A DNA stretch of 1,198 nt, from assembly GCF_003334765.1 (NCBI RefSeq), contig NZ_QOWT01000083.1. The stretch is one strand, 5' to 3'. The notes beneath the pieces are model-generated. The model saw only the letters and a program-made list of their open reading frames with translations. It was not told the origin of the DNA and did no database searches. This document shows positions 1 through 1,198 of this stretch, piece by piece. Numbering within the stretch: the first letter of the stretch is position 1; each line of letters opens with the position of its first letter. The DNA comes from Escherichia coli. GTDB taxonomy: Bacteria > Pseudomonadota > Gammaproteobacteria > Enterobacterales > Enterobacteriaceae. Both the position numbers and the translations under genes were made by a program.

Positions 1-3
1 TAA

Positions 4-19
4 GGAAGGTGCGAATAAG
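4..19. repeat. IS5 terminal inverted repeat, transposase-distal end (16 bp, GGAAGGTGCGAATAAG)
   Basis: Matches the reverse complement of 1183..1198 at 15 of 16 positions (mismatch at IR position 13, window position 16: T here versus C at the other end). Complementarity does not extend inward beyond 16 bp. Confidence 0.9.
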
Positions 20-149
20 CGGGGAAATACTTCTCGGCTGACTCAGTCATTTCATTTCTTCATGTTTGAGCCGATTTTTTCTCCCGTAAATGCCTTGAAC
101 CAGCCTATTTAGACCGTTTCTTCGCCATTTAAGGCGTTATCCCCAGTTT
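20..149. promoter_or_regulatory. Non-coding subterminal region of IS5 downstream of the transposase; AT-tract-rich, candidate for the bent-DNA/IHF-binding region reported for this end of IS5
   Basis: Seen in sequence: no long ORF; several T/A runs (e.g. 'catttcatttctt' 48..60, 'gatttttt' ~73..80, 'agttttta' ~145..152) and an 11-bp palindrome TGACTCAGTCA at 39..49. Established knowledge: the transposase-distal end of IS5 is reported to carry an IHF site and intrinsically curved DNA that can activate adjacent promoters. I could not locate a clean IHF consensus (WATCAANNNNTTR) by eye, so exact site placement is unresolved. Confidence 0.3.
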
Positions 150-1175
<1,026 letters not shown>

Positions 1176-1182
1176 TCAGGGA

Positions 1183-1198
1183 CTTGTTCGCACCTTCC
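1183..1198. repeat. IS5 terminal inverted repeat, transposase-proximal end (16 bp; + strand CTTGTTCGCACCTTCC)
   Basis: Reverse complement GGAAGGTGCGAACAAG pairs with 4..19 at 15 of 16 positions. The element terminus coincides with the last base of the window. Confidence 0.9.

Noticed and set aside
121-140. Possible Rho-independent terminator for the transposase transcript (short inverted repeat CGCC...GGCG around 'gccatttaaggcg')
   Set aside because: The stem is only about 4 bp and is not followed by a U-run on the transcribed strand; too weak to call.
20-149. Specific IHF binding site placement
   Set aside because: No unambiguous match to WATCAANNNNTTR on either strand by eye; only loose partial matches (e.g. 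around 87..99). The region is called in general terms only.

Overview
This window is almost entirely one complete copy of the well-known enterobacterial insertion sequence IS5 (1195 bp, positions 4..1198), shown in reverse orientation with only 3 nt of flanking DNA (1..3, 'taa') on the left and none on the right. It has 16-bp imperfect terminal inverted repeats (4..19 and 1183..1198, one mismatch) and a single long minus-strand ORF (150..1166) whose product I recognise as the IS5 transposase InsH/Ins5A, with DDE-type catalytic motifs apparently intact. Between the transposase stop and the left end lies a ~130-bp AT-tract-rich non-coding subterminal segment. I find no CRISPR array, tRNA/rRNA gene, or any sign of a novel system; the most notable secondary signals are the antisense ORFs inside the transposase gene and the subterminal region. 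Because there is essentially no flanking sequence, the insertion site, the target-site duplication and any effect on neighbouring genes cannot be assessed. All identifications rest on reading the sequence and recalled knowledge of IS5; no database search was run.
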